Source of the DNA: Clostridia bacterium
GTDB lineage: Bacteria; Bacillota; Clostridia; Christensenellales; CAG-314
Reading direction: 5' to 3'
NCBI GenBank assembly: GCA_017457385.1
Contig: JAFTHO010000098.1
Span: forward strand, 1 to 42,680
DNA: 42,680 nucleotides
Positions within the stretch are counted from its first letter, which is position 1, and every line of letters starts with the position of its first letter. A model generated the notes under the pieces. That model was not told where the DNA came from. It saw only the letters and a program-made list of their open reading frames with translations, and searched no databases. This document shows positions 34,744-42,680 of the stretch, one piece after another. The translations under genes were made by a program, and so were the position numbers.

Positions 34744-35824
34744 AATTTATCTGTTCCATCGAATTAAGCATACTGTGTATTGTCACGCCAAACCCTCTTG
34801 TAGGGTCATTGATAAAAACGTGTGTTACTGCGCCCACAAGTTTGTCATTTTGCAAAACAGGACTGCCACTCATCCCCTGCACAATTCCGCCTGTAGCATC
34901 TAAAAGATTTTTGTCGGTCACTTTTATGACAAGACTTTTTTCTTCGTCCACAGCCTGATTTTTGACCTTTATAATCTCAATTTCATAAAATTGTGGAGTT
35001 GTTCCGTTGATTGTAGAATAAATTACTGCTTTGCCAGGTTTTATTTCGTCAGGATTTGCAATTTCAACCACATTGCTTTCGTCAAGTGCCTGTGGCATAA
35101 CGTCAAATTTGCCATATACACCAAATTTGTTGTTTGTATATATGTCACCAATATATTGTTTGTTGTTAAATGCACCTTTAAGTTCGCCAGCCTTGCCTAT
35201 TTTGCCCTTGTTTACACCAAAAACGTTGCAATCATGCACCTTTCCACCATTTATTGAAATTATTTCACCATCTTTTGACGTTATCGGATGACCGAGTGAT
35301 GCAAAATATTTTTCGTCTTTTACAAAGGTAAGCGTGCCAACACCATGACTTTCATCACGCAACCACATGCCAAGTTTGTTTTTGCCCGTCAGCACGTCTT
35401 TTTGTGACAGGATTTCTGTTTGTTTTTTGCTTCCACCACGAACAAAAACTACATCAAAATTCGTTGTTGTTTCTGTCAGTTTTGTTACATCCTGTGTTTT
35501 AGTCACTTTTTGACCGTTTATCTCTATAATTTTGTCCCCAATTTGCATACCTGCCTGTTCTGCAGGCGAAACAGCACCACTTTCTGTGATAATCTGACTG
35601 AATCCAACAATCTCTACACAATCATTATTAAGGCTTATGCCAATTGGAATTCCACCCAAAACAACCTTTTCCTGCTGTTGATATTGTTGTTTTGGCACAA
35701 ACATATGAGAAATATCGTCAAGCAAATCTATATTTTTTGATTCAGCCGCAAAAACTGCAGACGGAACAATTGAAAAAAATGCTAAAATAAAGCAAAAAAA
35801 TATCACTAACCTTGTTTTTTTCAT
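34742..35824 (-). CDS. spoIVB: SpoIVB peptidase (S55), sporulation signalling protease
   Basis: Signal anchor, PDZ domain (GMQIGDKIIEINGQKV) and catalytic block GIVQGMSGSPVLQNDKLVGAVTHVF. Start set at ATG 35822-35824; the track start is a GTG two codons upstream. Confidence 0.9.
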   Translation of the reverse strand: MKKTRLVIFFCFILAFFSIVPSAVFAAESKNIDLLDDISHMFVPKQQYQQQEKVVLGGIPIGISLNNDCVEIVGFSQIITESGAVSPAEQAGMQIGDKIIEINGQKVTKTQDVTKLTETTTNFDVVFVRGGSKKQTEILSQKDVLTGKNKLGMWLRDESHGVGTLTFVKDEKYFASLGHPITSKDGEIISINGGKVHDCNVFGVNKGKIGKAGELKGAFNNKQYIGDIYTNNKFGVYGKFDVMPQALDESNVVEIANPDEIKPGKAVIYSTINGTTPQFYEIEIIKVKNQAVDEEKSLVIKVTDKNLLDATGGIVQGMSGSPVLQNDKLVGAVTHVFINDPTRGFGVTIHSMLNSMEQIN

Positions 35825-35843
35825 CTTCACCTCACAATAAAGT

Positions 35844-35872
35844 TAGTTTGAATAGTTTTTTGCTCTTTATAC
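35844..35872 (-). promoter_or_regulatory. Candidate forespore (sigmaF/sigmaG-type) promoter of spoIVB
   Basis: Minus strand reads GTATA (35868-35872), a 17-nt spacer, then CAAACTA (35844-35850). This compares with the recalled consensus GHATR-N17/18-CATXHTA. Confidence 0.35.
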
Positions 35873-35903
35873 AAAAAAGCACCTTCTTTGCGAAAGTGCT
35901 TTT
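35872..35903 (-). terminator. Hairpin terminator after recN
   Basis: aaaagcac (35875-35882) pairs with gtgctttt (35896-35903), with an inner cttt/aaag stem. Confidence 0.55.
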
Positions 35904-35906
35904 ATT

Positions 35907-37589
35907 TTATAATTCTTTTTTAAACCTGTTTGCCCATTTGACAAGATCTTTTGCATGCAGTTGACCATATTCGCCAATATCGCCTGCAACAAGACGTGCA
36001 ATTTCATCAATTTTGCCATTTTCGTCTAGTTTTTTGACAGAAGTTTTAGTTTTGTCATCCTGAACGTATTTTTCAATAAGCAAATGTTCGTCTGACATTG
36101 CTGCAATCTGTGGTAAATGGGTAATAACCAGACATTGATAGTCGTGAGATACTTTTGCAAGTTTTTGTCCAACCACTTCTGCAATTTTTCCGCTTATGCC
36201 GGTATCAATTTCGTCAAACACCATAGTAGGTATTTTTTCTATTTTGGCAGTGATGTTTTTGAGAGCAAGCATAAATCTGCTCATTTCGCCACCACTGATG
36301 ATTTTTGACAATGGCTTTACAGGTTCGCCTTTGTTTGCAGAAAAATAAAACTCAACGTTGTCAAAACCAAGCGAACCACATCCATCAAAATCTTCTTTTG
36401 AAGGGATTTTGTCAAAAACAACCACAAAAGTAGCATTTTTCATACCCAGATCGCAAAGTTCTGACATAATTTTTTGCTCAAGAGTTTTTGCAGTCTTTTG
36501 TCTGAATGCAGAAAGTTGCTGACACAAATCATACAATTCGCCCAGCGCAATTTGTTTTTGCTTTTTGAGTTTTGCAACGTAATGATCTGCATTTTTGAGT
36601 TCGTCAAGTTTTTGTTTTGCCTCCTGACAAAAAGCCAAAACGTCCTCGATACTGCCACCATATTTGCGTTTGAGCAGTTTTATTTTATCAAGTCGTGCCT
36701 CAATTCGGTCAAGTTCATACTGATCAAAACTGAGATTGCCCAAAATATCGTCAAGTGTCTCTGCAATATCCTGGATTTCATACTTTACAGAATTGAGTCT
36801 TTGGAAAAGTTCGTCATATTGTGGATCAATATTGCTTATCTGCGACAAAAAGTTTGCAGACGCGCTCACATTTGACAAGCAACTGCCTTGTCCGTTGAGC
36901 ATATCCATTGCAGAAGAACAAGAATGTGAAATTTTTTCGAAAGCTTGTCCCTTTTTCTTTTGCAAAAGCAATTCGTCATCTTCGCCAACAACAAGTTCGG
37001 CAAGTTCGATTTCGTTCGTCTGATAAGACAACATATCAATGAGACGTTCTCTCTCACTGTCGTTGCCACCAAATTTTTTAAACTGACTGTTAATTTCATC
37101 AATTTTTTCACTTGCCTGTTTTACTTTTGACAAAAGGTCTGCGTCACTGTCATATCCGTCTAAAATGCTTAGATGATTTTCTGGCCTGAGCAAAAAAGTA
37201 TGTTCGTTCTGACCAAAAATATCAACCAAAGAGGCCGAAATTTGCTTTAAAACAGCCTGATTTGCAAGACGACCGTTTATCCTGATTTCGTTTTTTCCTC
37301 CGACAGACATTGTTCTGGCAACTGTAAACACACCATCGTCTGACTCAAAACCGTTTTGTTCAAATACGTTGTCTTTTGGGCACTCAAAAACACTCTCTAC
37401 AAATGCAGAAGTTTGTCCCGATTTGATGAGAGTTTTGTCAGCTCTTGCGCCAAGCACAAAAGCCAGCGAATCTATAATGATAGATTTACCGGCACCTGTT
37501 TCGCCACTGAGAATATTTAGACCATCAGAAAACTCGATATAAGTTTCTTCGATCAATGCAATGTTTTTGATAAAAAGACTTTTTAACAT
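35907..37589 (-). CDS. recN: DNA repair protein RecN
   Basis: 560 aa with Walker A GETGAGKS, a long coiled-coil middle region, the signature ISGGEMSR and Walker B VFDEIDTG. Confidence 0.93.
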   Translation of the reverse strand: MLKSLFIKNIALIEETYIEFSDGLNILSGETGAGKSIIIDSLAFVLGARADKTLIKSGQTSAFVESVFECPKDNVFEQNGFESDDGVFTVARTMSVGGKNEIRINGRLANQAVLKQISASLVDIFGQNEHTFLLRPENHLSILDGYDSDADLLSKVKQASEKIDEINSQFKKFGGNDSERERLIDMLSYQTNEIELAELVVGEDDELLLQKKKGQAFEKISHSCSSAMDMLNGQGSCLSNVSASANFLSQISNIDPQYDELFQRLNSVKYEIQDIAETLDDILGNLSFDQYELDRIEARLDKIKLLKRKYGGSIEDVLAFCQEAKQKLDELKNADHYVAKLKKQKQIALGELYDLCQQLSAFRQKTAKTLEQKIMSELCDLGMKNATFVVVFDKIPSKEDFDGCGSLGFDNVEFYFSANKGEPVKPLSKIISGGEMSRFMLALKNITAKIEKIPTMVFDEIDTGISGKIAEVVGQKLAKVSHDYQCLVITHLPQIAAMSDEHLLIEKYVQDDKTKTSVKKLDENGKIDEIARLVAGDIGEYGQLHAKDLVKWANRFKKEL

Positions 37590-37590
37590 T

Positions 37591-38043
37591 TTATTCGATT
37601 ATACCCAAAAGCTTTTGATTGAGAATATATGCATCTTCGTTTGATTTTGCAATGATGAGCAAAGTGTCGTCACCCGCAACACTGCCAAACATCTCTGGAA
37701 AATGCAACTGGTCAATGACCATACCAACTGCGTTTGCACTGCCACTGAGAGTTTTTACAATGACAAGATTGTTTGCAGACACAATTGTGATGACTGCCTC
37801 GCGAAAAACGTTGAGAAGTTTTTCTGAAACACGGATATCTTTTGATTTTACAGAAGTATATTTATATTTGTTGTTTGAAGAAAGTGTTTTTACAAGACCC
37901 AACTCCTTTATATCACGAGAAATTGTCGCTTGTGTAACACAAATACCACAATTTGCCAATTCGGCAACCAATTCTTCTTGAGTTTCTACGTCTTTGTTTG
38001 CGATTATATCCAAGATTTTAGATTGTCTTGTACTTCTGGACAT
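37591..38043 (-). CDS. argR: Arginine repressor
   Basis: 150 aa with a winged-helix N-terminus (RQSKILDIIANKDVETQEELV...TQATISRDIKELGLVK) and the C-terminal GDDT motif (AGDDTLLII). Confidence 0.92.
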   Translation of the reverse strand: MSRSTRQSKILDIIANKDVETQEELVAELANCGICVTQATISRDIKELGLVKTLSSNNKYKYTSVKSKDIRVSEKLLNVFREAVITIVSANNLVIVKTLSGSANAVGMVIDQLHFPEMFGSVAGDDTLLIIAKSNEDAYILNQKLLGIIE

Positions 38044-38060
38044 TTTGTGTTGTCTCCTTT

Positions 38061-38867
38061 TTATTTAAAATTGTTCCATTGAACAAGTTTTTTGTTCAGT
38101 TTGTCATAAAAGTTGCCCTTGTTTATTTTGACAAATTTGAGTGACAGGTCTGATTTTTTAACCAGTACTTTAGTGCCTTTTTGAACGTTTGTTGCAACTT
38201 CTTTTCCGTCAATAAAAATTGAGTTTTGATCATCACGACTTTCTACAACAATTTCTATAACTTCGTTTTCATTAAAAACTATCGATCTGTTATGAAGAGA
38301 ATGCACGCACAACGGAGTGAGCACCAACGCATTTATTTTTGGTCCAAGAATTGGTCCGCCGGATGACAAAGAATATCCTGTTGAACCGGTTGGAGTTGCC
38401 ACGATAACACCGTCTCCCTCATAAGTGTCAATATAAACTTCGTCACTGAATACGTCTATTTTTGCAATGCTATTTCTGTTTGAGCGCACAACCAAAATTT
38501 CGTTGAGAAAGTTAAATACCTTGTCTTCAAGTGAAACCTGCACCATCATACGTTTTTCGATATCGTATTCTTTGTTTTTGATTACAGAAAGTGCTTTTTC
38601 AAATTCAAAAATTTCAACTTCGGACAAAAAGCCCATTCTTCCATTGTTTACTGACAAAATTGGCACGTCTGCTTTTGCCGCACTTTCGCAAACGTTAAGT
38701 ATCGTGCCGTCGCCACCAACAACAACGAGAATGTCACAATTGCTCACGTTATTCATTTCTTCTATGATTTCATAAGTAAAACCAAGTTTTATACAAATTT
38801 TGCAAAGACTTTCGGTTATTGTCATTTTTTCGTCTTTGAATTTGTTTGAATATATTCCAAGGTGCAT
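38061..38867 (-). CDS. nadK: NAD kinase
   Basis: GGDGTIL and the downstream ATPTGSTGYSLSSGGPI motif are present. Confidence 0.9.
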   Translation of the reverse strand: MHLGIYSNKFKDEKMTITESLCKICIKLGFTYEIIEEMNNVSNCDILVVVGGDGTILNVCESAAKADVPILSVNNGRMGFLSEVEIFEFEKALSVIKNKEYDIEKRMMVQVSLEDKVFNFLNEILVVRSNRNSIAKIDVFSDEVYIDTYEGDGVIVATPTGSTGYSLSSGGPILGPKINALVLTPLCVHSLHNRSIVFNENEVIEIVVESRDDQNSIFIDGKEVATNVQKGTKVLVKKSDLSLKFVKINKGNFYDKLNKKLVQWNNFK

Positions 38868-38888
38868 AAAAACCCTCCAGACTTAATG

Positions 38889-38917
38889 ATTATACAATAT
38901 CCGTTATAAATATTCAA
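38889..38917 (-). promoter_or_regulatory. SigmaA-like promoter for nadK-argR-recN
   Basis: Minus strand reads TTGAAT (38912-38917), a 17-nt spacer, then TATAAT (38889-38894). Confidence 0.5.
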
Positions 38918-38924
38918 TACTTAT

Positions 38925-38956
38925 ACAAAAAAAATAAGGAGTAAAAACTCCTTATT
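38925..38956 (-). terminator. Rho-independent terminator after dxs (overlaps its stop codon)
   Basis: aataaggagt (38933-38942) pairs with actccttatt (38947-38956) with loop aaaa. An 8-nt U-run follows on the minus strand. Confidence 0.75.
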
Positions 38957-40757
38957 CAATCATATTTTTTAGTTGTTGCATATCAAAACCATTTTCTGAC
39001 AACTGTTCTTGTATAGATGAATGTCTGACAAATTTGTCATCAACGGCAACGATTTTTATTTGTGGTTTAGTCTTAAATTGTGACACAAAAGACAAAATAT
39101 TTTGACCAAGTCCGCCAGAAGATTGATTTTCTTCCATCACGATCCACTTTTTATCGTTTATACGTGACAAAAGCATTTTTTTGTCTGTTGGTTTTACAAA
39201 ACTTGCATTAATTACGTTTATTTTTTGTTGTGAGTTTTGTGCAACCTGCATTGCAATTTTGTTGCAATTTGGACCAACTGCAAAAATGCTGATTTCTCCA
39301 CCATTGTCAAGCAAATATTGCCATTTTGCATATTCAAACTGGCTTTGTTCAAAACAAACGTCACAATCTTTTGGGTATCTTATTGCCAAAGGGGCATCAA
39401 AATCAATTGCAAATTTTAGTGCCTGTTTGAGTTCGTTTACGTCTTTTGGGGCAATTATCGTCATATTTGGCATTGATCCAAGATAAGACAAATCAAACAG
39501 ACCCTGATGAGTTTCGCCATCCTGACCGACAAAACCCGCCCTGTCAATGCAAAAAGTTACAGGCAGTTTGTCAATGCATACGTCGTGCAAAATCTGGTCG
39601 TATGCCCTTTGCAAAAAGGTAGAATATACTGCAACAAAAGGCTTCATACCATTTTTTGCAAGACCTGCCGAAAAAGTAACGGCATGTTGCTCGGCAATGC
39701 CAACGTCAAAAAATTTGTCAGGATGATTTTTTGCAAAACTTTCTATACCTGTTCCTGACGGCATTGCTGCACATACGGCACATATTTTGTCATTTTGTTG
39801 TGCAAGCAAAGACAACTCTTCGCCAAGTGCAGAAGAAAAAGAATATTGCTTTTTATCCTGATTTTTTGGTGAAACACCATGAAAATCCTGTGGATTTTGT
39901 TCTGCAGGGGCATATCCTTTGCCCTTTTTAGTAACAACGTGCAACAAAATTGGTCTGTTGAGTTGTTTTTTGATAGACTTTAAAATTTTGACCATTTTTT
40001 TGACGTTGTTGCCGTCAAATGGTCCTATGTATTTGATGCCAAAATTGCTGAAAAACGTGTTGCTGCCAAACAATGATTTGAAAAAGTTTTTTACCGCGCC
40101 AAAAAACTTGACTATAAATTTGCCAACAAGCGGTATTGCAGACAAAAACTTTGTCATACCATATTTAAACTTGTTGTAACCACTTGCAAGACGAAGTTTT
40201 GAAAGCGTCATTGACACGTTGCCAACGTTTTTTGATATTGACATATTGTTGTCGTTTAGTACGACAAGCATATTTTTTTTATTGACGTTGTTGAGTGCCT
40301 CATAAACCATACCACCAGTCAAAGCACCGTCACCAATGACAGAAACCACGTCAAATTTTTGGTTTTGCATATCCCTTGCCTGACAAATGCCAAGCGCAGC
40401 AGAAACCGAATTGCTTGCATGTCCTGAAACAAAAGCATCCTTTTCGCTTTCTGACGGACAACAAAAACCACTCAAACCATCTTTTTGCCTTAGAGTTTTG
40501 AGCTGATCTTTTCTGCCTGTTAATATTTTGTGCACATATGACTGATGCCCAACGTCCCACAAAATTTTGTCCGCATCGTCAAAAACGTAATGCAAAGCAA
40601 CTGTGAGTTCAACAACCCCCAGATTTGAAGCAAGGTGCCCGCCATTATCCAGGACAACATCTAACAGATATTGCCTGATTTCATCGCACAGCACCTTTAA
40701 TTGCTTTATATCAAGTTTTTTTACGTCCTGAGGACAAGTGATATTTTCGAGATACAT
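38952..40757 (-). CDS. dxs: 1-deoxy-D-xylulose-5-phosphate synthase
   Basis: GGHLASNLGVVELTVALHYVF, GHQSY.HKILTGR and GDGALTGGM (TPP-binding) are present. Start set at ATG 40755-40757 (MYLENI...), 1 nt after the upstream stop. Confidence 0.93.
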   Translation of the reverse strand: MYLENITCPQDVKKLDIKQLKVLCDEIRQYLLDVVLDNGGHLASNLGVVELTVALHYVFDDADKILWDVGHQSYVHKILTGRKDQLKTLRQKDGLSGFCCPSESEKDAFVSGHASNSVSAALGICQARDMQNQKFDVVSVIGDGALTGGMVYEALNNVNKKNMLVVLNDNNMSISKNVGNVSMTLSKLRLASGYNKFKYGMTKFLSAIPLVGKFIVKFFGAVKNFFKSLFGSNTFFSNFGIKYIGPFDGNNVKKMVKILKSIKKQLNRPILLHVVTKKGKGYAPAEQNPQDFHGVSPKNQDKKQYSFSSALGEELSLLAQQNDKICAVCAAMPSGTGIESFAKNHPDKFFDVGIAEQHAVTFSAGLAKNGMKPFVAVYSTFLQRAYDQILHDVCIDKLPVTFCIDRAGFVGQDGETHQGLFDLSYLGSMPNMTIIAPKDVNELKQALKFAIDFDAPLAIRYPKDCDVCFEQSQFEYAKWQYLLDNGGEISIFAVGPNCNKIAMQVAQNSQQKINVINASFVKPTDKKMLLSRINDKKWIVMEENQSSGGLGQNILSFVSQFKTKPQIKIVAVDDKFVRHSSIQEQLSENGFDMQQLKNMIE

Positions 40758-40758
40758 A

Positions 40759-41331
40759 CTAATTTTTTTTGAATACAGACAAAACCCTTGCAACCATATA
40801 AATGATTTTGTTTGAGTTTGTCATTGCATAAGATTTGCCAAGTGATTTGCCAAAAACGGTAAATGCAGCAATAAACGAGCTGAACAACACACTCACCAGA
40901 ATTGACGTGCCGTCTGCAAACTGTTTGATAACGATTGCAGCACCGCATGCACCACTGATGATACCGCAAATGTCACCAATGATATCTGCACACACAGATG
41001 ACACTTTTGGTGCGTTTTTGACAAGTTTTACAGCCATTTTTGCCCCTTTGACCTTGCGGGCAGACATTGACAAAAACGGTTGGATATCACATGATGCCGC
41101 CGCCGTGCCAATCATATCAAATATAACTGATAAAATTATAATAAAGACAATGAGAATATATGCCACAATCAATGGTGCATTGCCCATAACAAGTTCGCTC
41201 ACCAGGCTGAACGCAAAAGAAAGCGTAAGCGTCAAAAGCAACACTATTGCAGGCCATATATTTTTTTTCTTTTCTTTTTTGTGTTTTTCTTCTTTTTTGT
41301 GTTTTTGGGTTTTCTCTCGTTCTTCTTTCAA
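40759..41331 (-). CDS. oapA: Small four-TM membrane protein, candidate OLE-associated protein OapA
   Basis: 190 aa with a TTG start preceded by TAGAGGT plus 6 nt. It has a Lys/Glu-rich N-tail and four hydrophobic segments, and a DxxxD motif (ADIIGDICG). It lies between the large RNA and dxs, the published oapA position. Confidence 0.65.
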   Translation of the reverse strand: MKEEREKTQKHKKEEKHKKEKKKNIWPAIVLLLTLTLSFAFSLVSELVMGNAPLIVAYILIVFIIILSVIFDMIGTAAASCDIQPFLSMSARKVKGAKMAVKLVKNAPKVSSVCADIIGDICGIISGACGAAIVIKQFADGTSILVSVLFSSFIAAFTVFGKSLGKSYAMTNSNKIIYMVARVLSVFKKN

Positions 41332-41344
41332 AATAAACCTCTAT

Positions 41345-41943
41345 AAAAAAATAAAACAGGTGGTGGTAAATTAGGTAAACCTTACGGCATAGGTTCAGTA
41401 GGATTTCCCTATGGGCTACTTCTCGTCGCCGCAGAAGCAGTTTCCTTTTAAAACCCACATTGCGTTGTCACCAATCGCAAAACTGAATCGCCACTTAGTC
41501 CGTACTATAATCCCTAAAATACCTGAAATACAGCCTAGAAGATTTCCTTAACAAACACCCAGACATCTATCCTCTTTTGCAACGCAAATTTCATCACGCG
41601 ATCACCCTCACTCGTTGGCCAACGGCCGAAGGTGTAATCGTGAATCCCGATTGCTATCACTCAAGGCAGGCTACACTGTACACAGCACAAAAAAGCACCG
41701 CATAGCAGGTTTATACCTTATTCAGTAGTATAGAAAACCCACACTACCGATATAAGTCTCCACGGAAAGTGGGAATCAGCCGTATGCCATTACGACTTAC
41801 CCAAAATCCTTAACTCCCAGCATCAGCCCCTGTTTGGGCAACAAAAGCCAACACAAGAAACTTCATCGTTATGCCCTTTGACGATTTTTTACTCCCGTCT
41901 TGGATGAAAAAGTGTCTGACTAGGATACTGCACCACCAGTTTA
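41345..41943 (-). ncRNA. ole: Large structured non-coding RNA, candidate OLE (ornate, large, extremophilic) RNA
   Basis: The ORF track shows no ORF of 60 aa or more in any frame across 41459-41999. G+C is locally high: 32/60 in 41581-41640 versus 8/60 in 41941-42000. Arms 41354-41365 and 41931-41942 are complementary at 11/12 positions and enclose about 590 nt. Many local hairpins are visible (e.g. 41416-41440, 41760-41772). Its own promoter lies at 41950-41978. The gene order ispA - RNA - membrane protein - dxs matches the OLE context. Confidence 0.75.
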
Positions 41944-41949
41944 TTATTT

Positions 41950-41978
41950 ATTTTATCACAAATTTTTAAATATATCAA
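41950..41978 (-). promoter_or_regulatory. SigmaA-like promoter (extended -10) directly upstream of the large RNA
   Basis: Minus strand reads TTGATA (41973-41978), a 17-nt spacer ending TGA, then TAAAAT (41950-41955). The predicted start is near 41943, at the 5' arm of the closing helix. Confidence 0.5.
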
Positions 41979-41999
41979 ATTGATTGATATATAGTTTGC

Positions 42000-42680
42000 T
42001 CAATGATTTCTCGTCTGATTGAATTTGCACAACTCAACGAAAAAATCTGCATTGTCAAAACGTTTTATACTGTCAATTGCAGTTTTTGTATATTCGTCCA
42101 GCTGTTTTTTTGCGCCGTCAATGCCAAGCAGATTTGTATAACTCAGGTTTTGATCAATATCTGCATCGAGCAAATCGTCTGCAACCTGAAAAGCTTTGCC
42201 AAAATTTTCGGCAAAAACAGCAAGATATTCTTGTTGCTCGTTTGTTGCCCCACAATAAATTGCAGTTGCCACAGTGGATGCAAAAATGAGTTTTGCCGTT
42301 TTGTTTTCCGTCAAAAAATCAAGTGTTTCAAAGTCATTTTGTTTGTCACAACAAATATCCACCGCCTGACCACCAATCATACCGCAAATTCCACTGCAGT
42401 CGAAAATATATTTTATTGCCTTGAAATAACTTTGCGAATAGTCGCCATCAAGCAAAGTTTCGCAAGCAAGATTTAGTAAAGCATCTCCTGCCAGCACTGC
42501 ATTTGCCTCGCCAAACTTTTTGTGACAAGATGGTTTTCCTCTGCGAAAATCGTCGTCATCCATACAAGGCAAATCGTCGTGAACAAGCGAATAGGTATGA
42601 ATCATTTCAATTGCAGTTGCAATTTTTTCTATATTTTTGTCATCAACTCCAAAAAGTTTTGCAGTCTCAAACACAAGGCA
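42000..42680 (-). CDS. ispA: Farnesyl/geranyl diphosphate synthase (polyprenyl synthetase); N-terminus runs off the right edge
   Basis: First and second Asp-rich motifs are present (LVHDDLPCMDDDDFRRGKPS and FQVADDLLD). The frame stays open upstream of the track's GTG to position 42680. Confidence 0.9.
   Translation of the reverse strand, partial: CLVFETAKLFGVDDKNIEKIATAIEMIHTYSLVHDDLPCMDDDDFRRGKPSCHKKFGEANAVLAGDALLNLACETLLDGDYSQSYFKAIKYIFDCSGICGMIGGQAVDICCDKQNDFETLDFLTENKTAKLIFASTVATAIYCGATNEQQEYLAVFAENFGKAFQVADDLLDADIDQNLSYTNLLGIDGAKKQLDEYTKTAIDSIKRFDNADFFVELCKFNQTRNH

Noticed and set aside
41117-41458. 113-aa minus-strand ORF spanning the oapA 5' end and the 3' part of the large RNA
   Set aside because: It is out of frame with the better-supported membrane protein ORF. 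Its product is Arg/Lys-rich nonsense-like sequence. It also crosses the closing helix and U-tract of the RNA.
41345-41943. Alternative identities for the large non-coding tract: group II intron, RNase P RNA, tmRNA, or an oversized riboswitch or leader for oapA
   Set aside because: It has no GUGYG 5' end and no intron-encoded ORF. It has no GAGGAAAGUCC-type RNase P core on the transcribed strand. It has no tRNA-like ends or tag-peptide ORF. At ~600 nt it is far larger than known cis-regulatory leaders. The ispA/dxs context fits OLE much better.

Overview
Low-GC chromosomal segment from a spore-forming Firmicute (Clostridia-like). It is densely coding and almost entirely on the minus strand. 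Housekeeping genes: pheST behind a Phe T-box, a six-tRNA cluster, mgtE behind an M-box, an ispH-S1 fusion, plsC, cmk, surE, rluB, scpAB, recN, argR, nadK, dxs and ispA. Sporulation genes: yunB, spoVAC/AD/AE, spoIIAA-spoIIAB-sigF, two D-Ala-D-Ala carboxypeptidases, ytfJ and spoIVB. Accessory content: a pnuC-family transporter, a DUF2500-like gene, an ABC transporter whose ATPase carries two FHA domains, and a Na+-translocating biotin decarboxylase operon with two classes of carboxyltransferase. The main finding is a ~600-nt ORF-free, GC-enriched, helix-rich tract at about 41345-41943 (minus strand). It lies between ispA and a small four-TM membrane protein gene that precedes dxs. That context matches the OLE (ornate, large, extremophilic) RNA with its partner OapA. 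This is a described but mechanistically unexplained ribonucleoprotein system, so it is not a new class; the call rests on context and visible structure, not a covariance-model search. I saw no CRISPR array, transposase, integrase or recognisable defence genes. Start codons were refined by hand where the ORF track began at an upstream TTG/GTG. Promoter and terminator calls come from visual inspection only.
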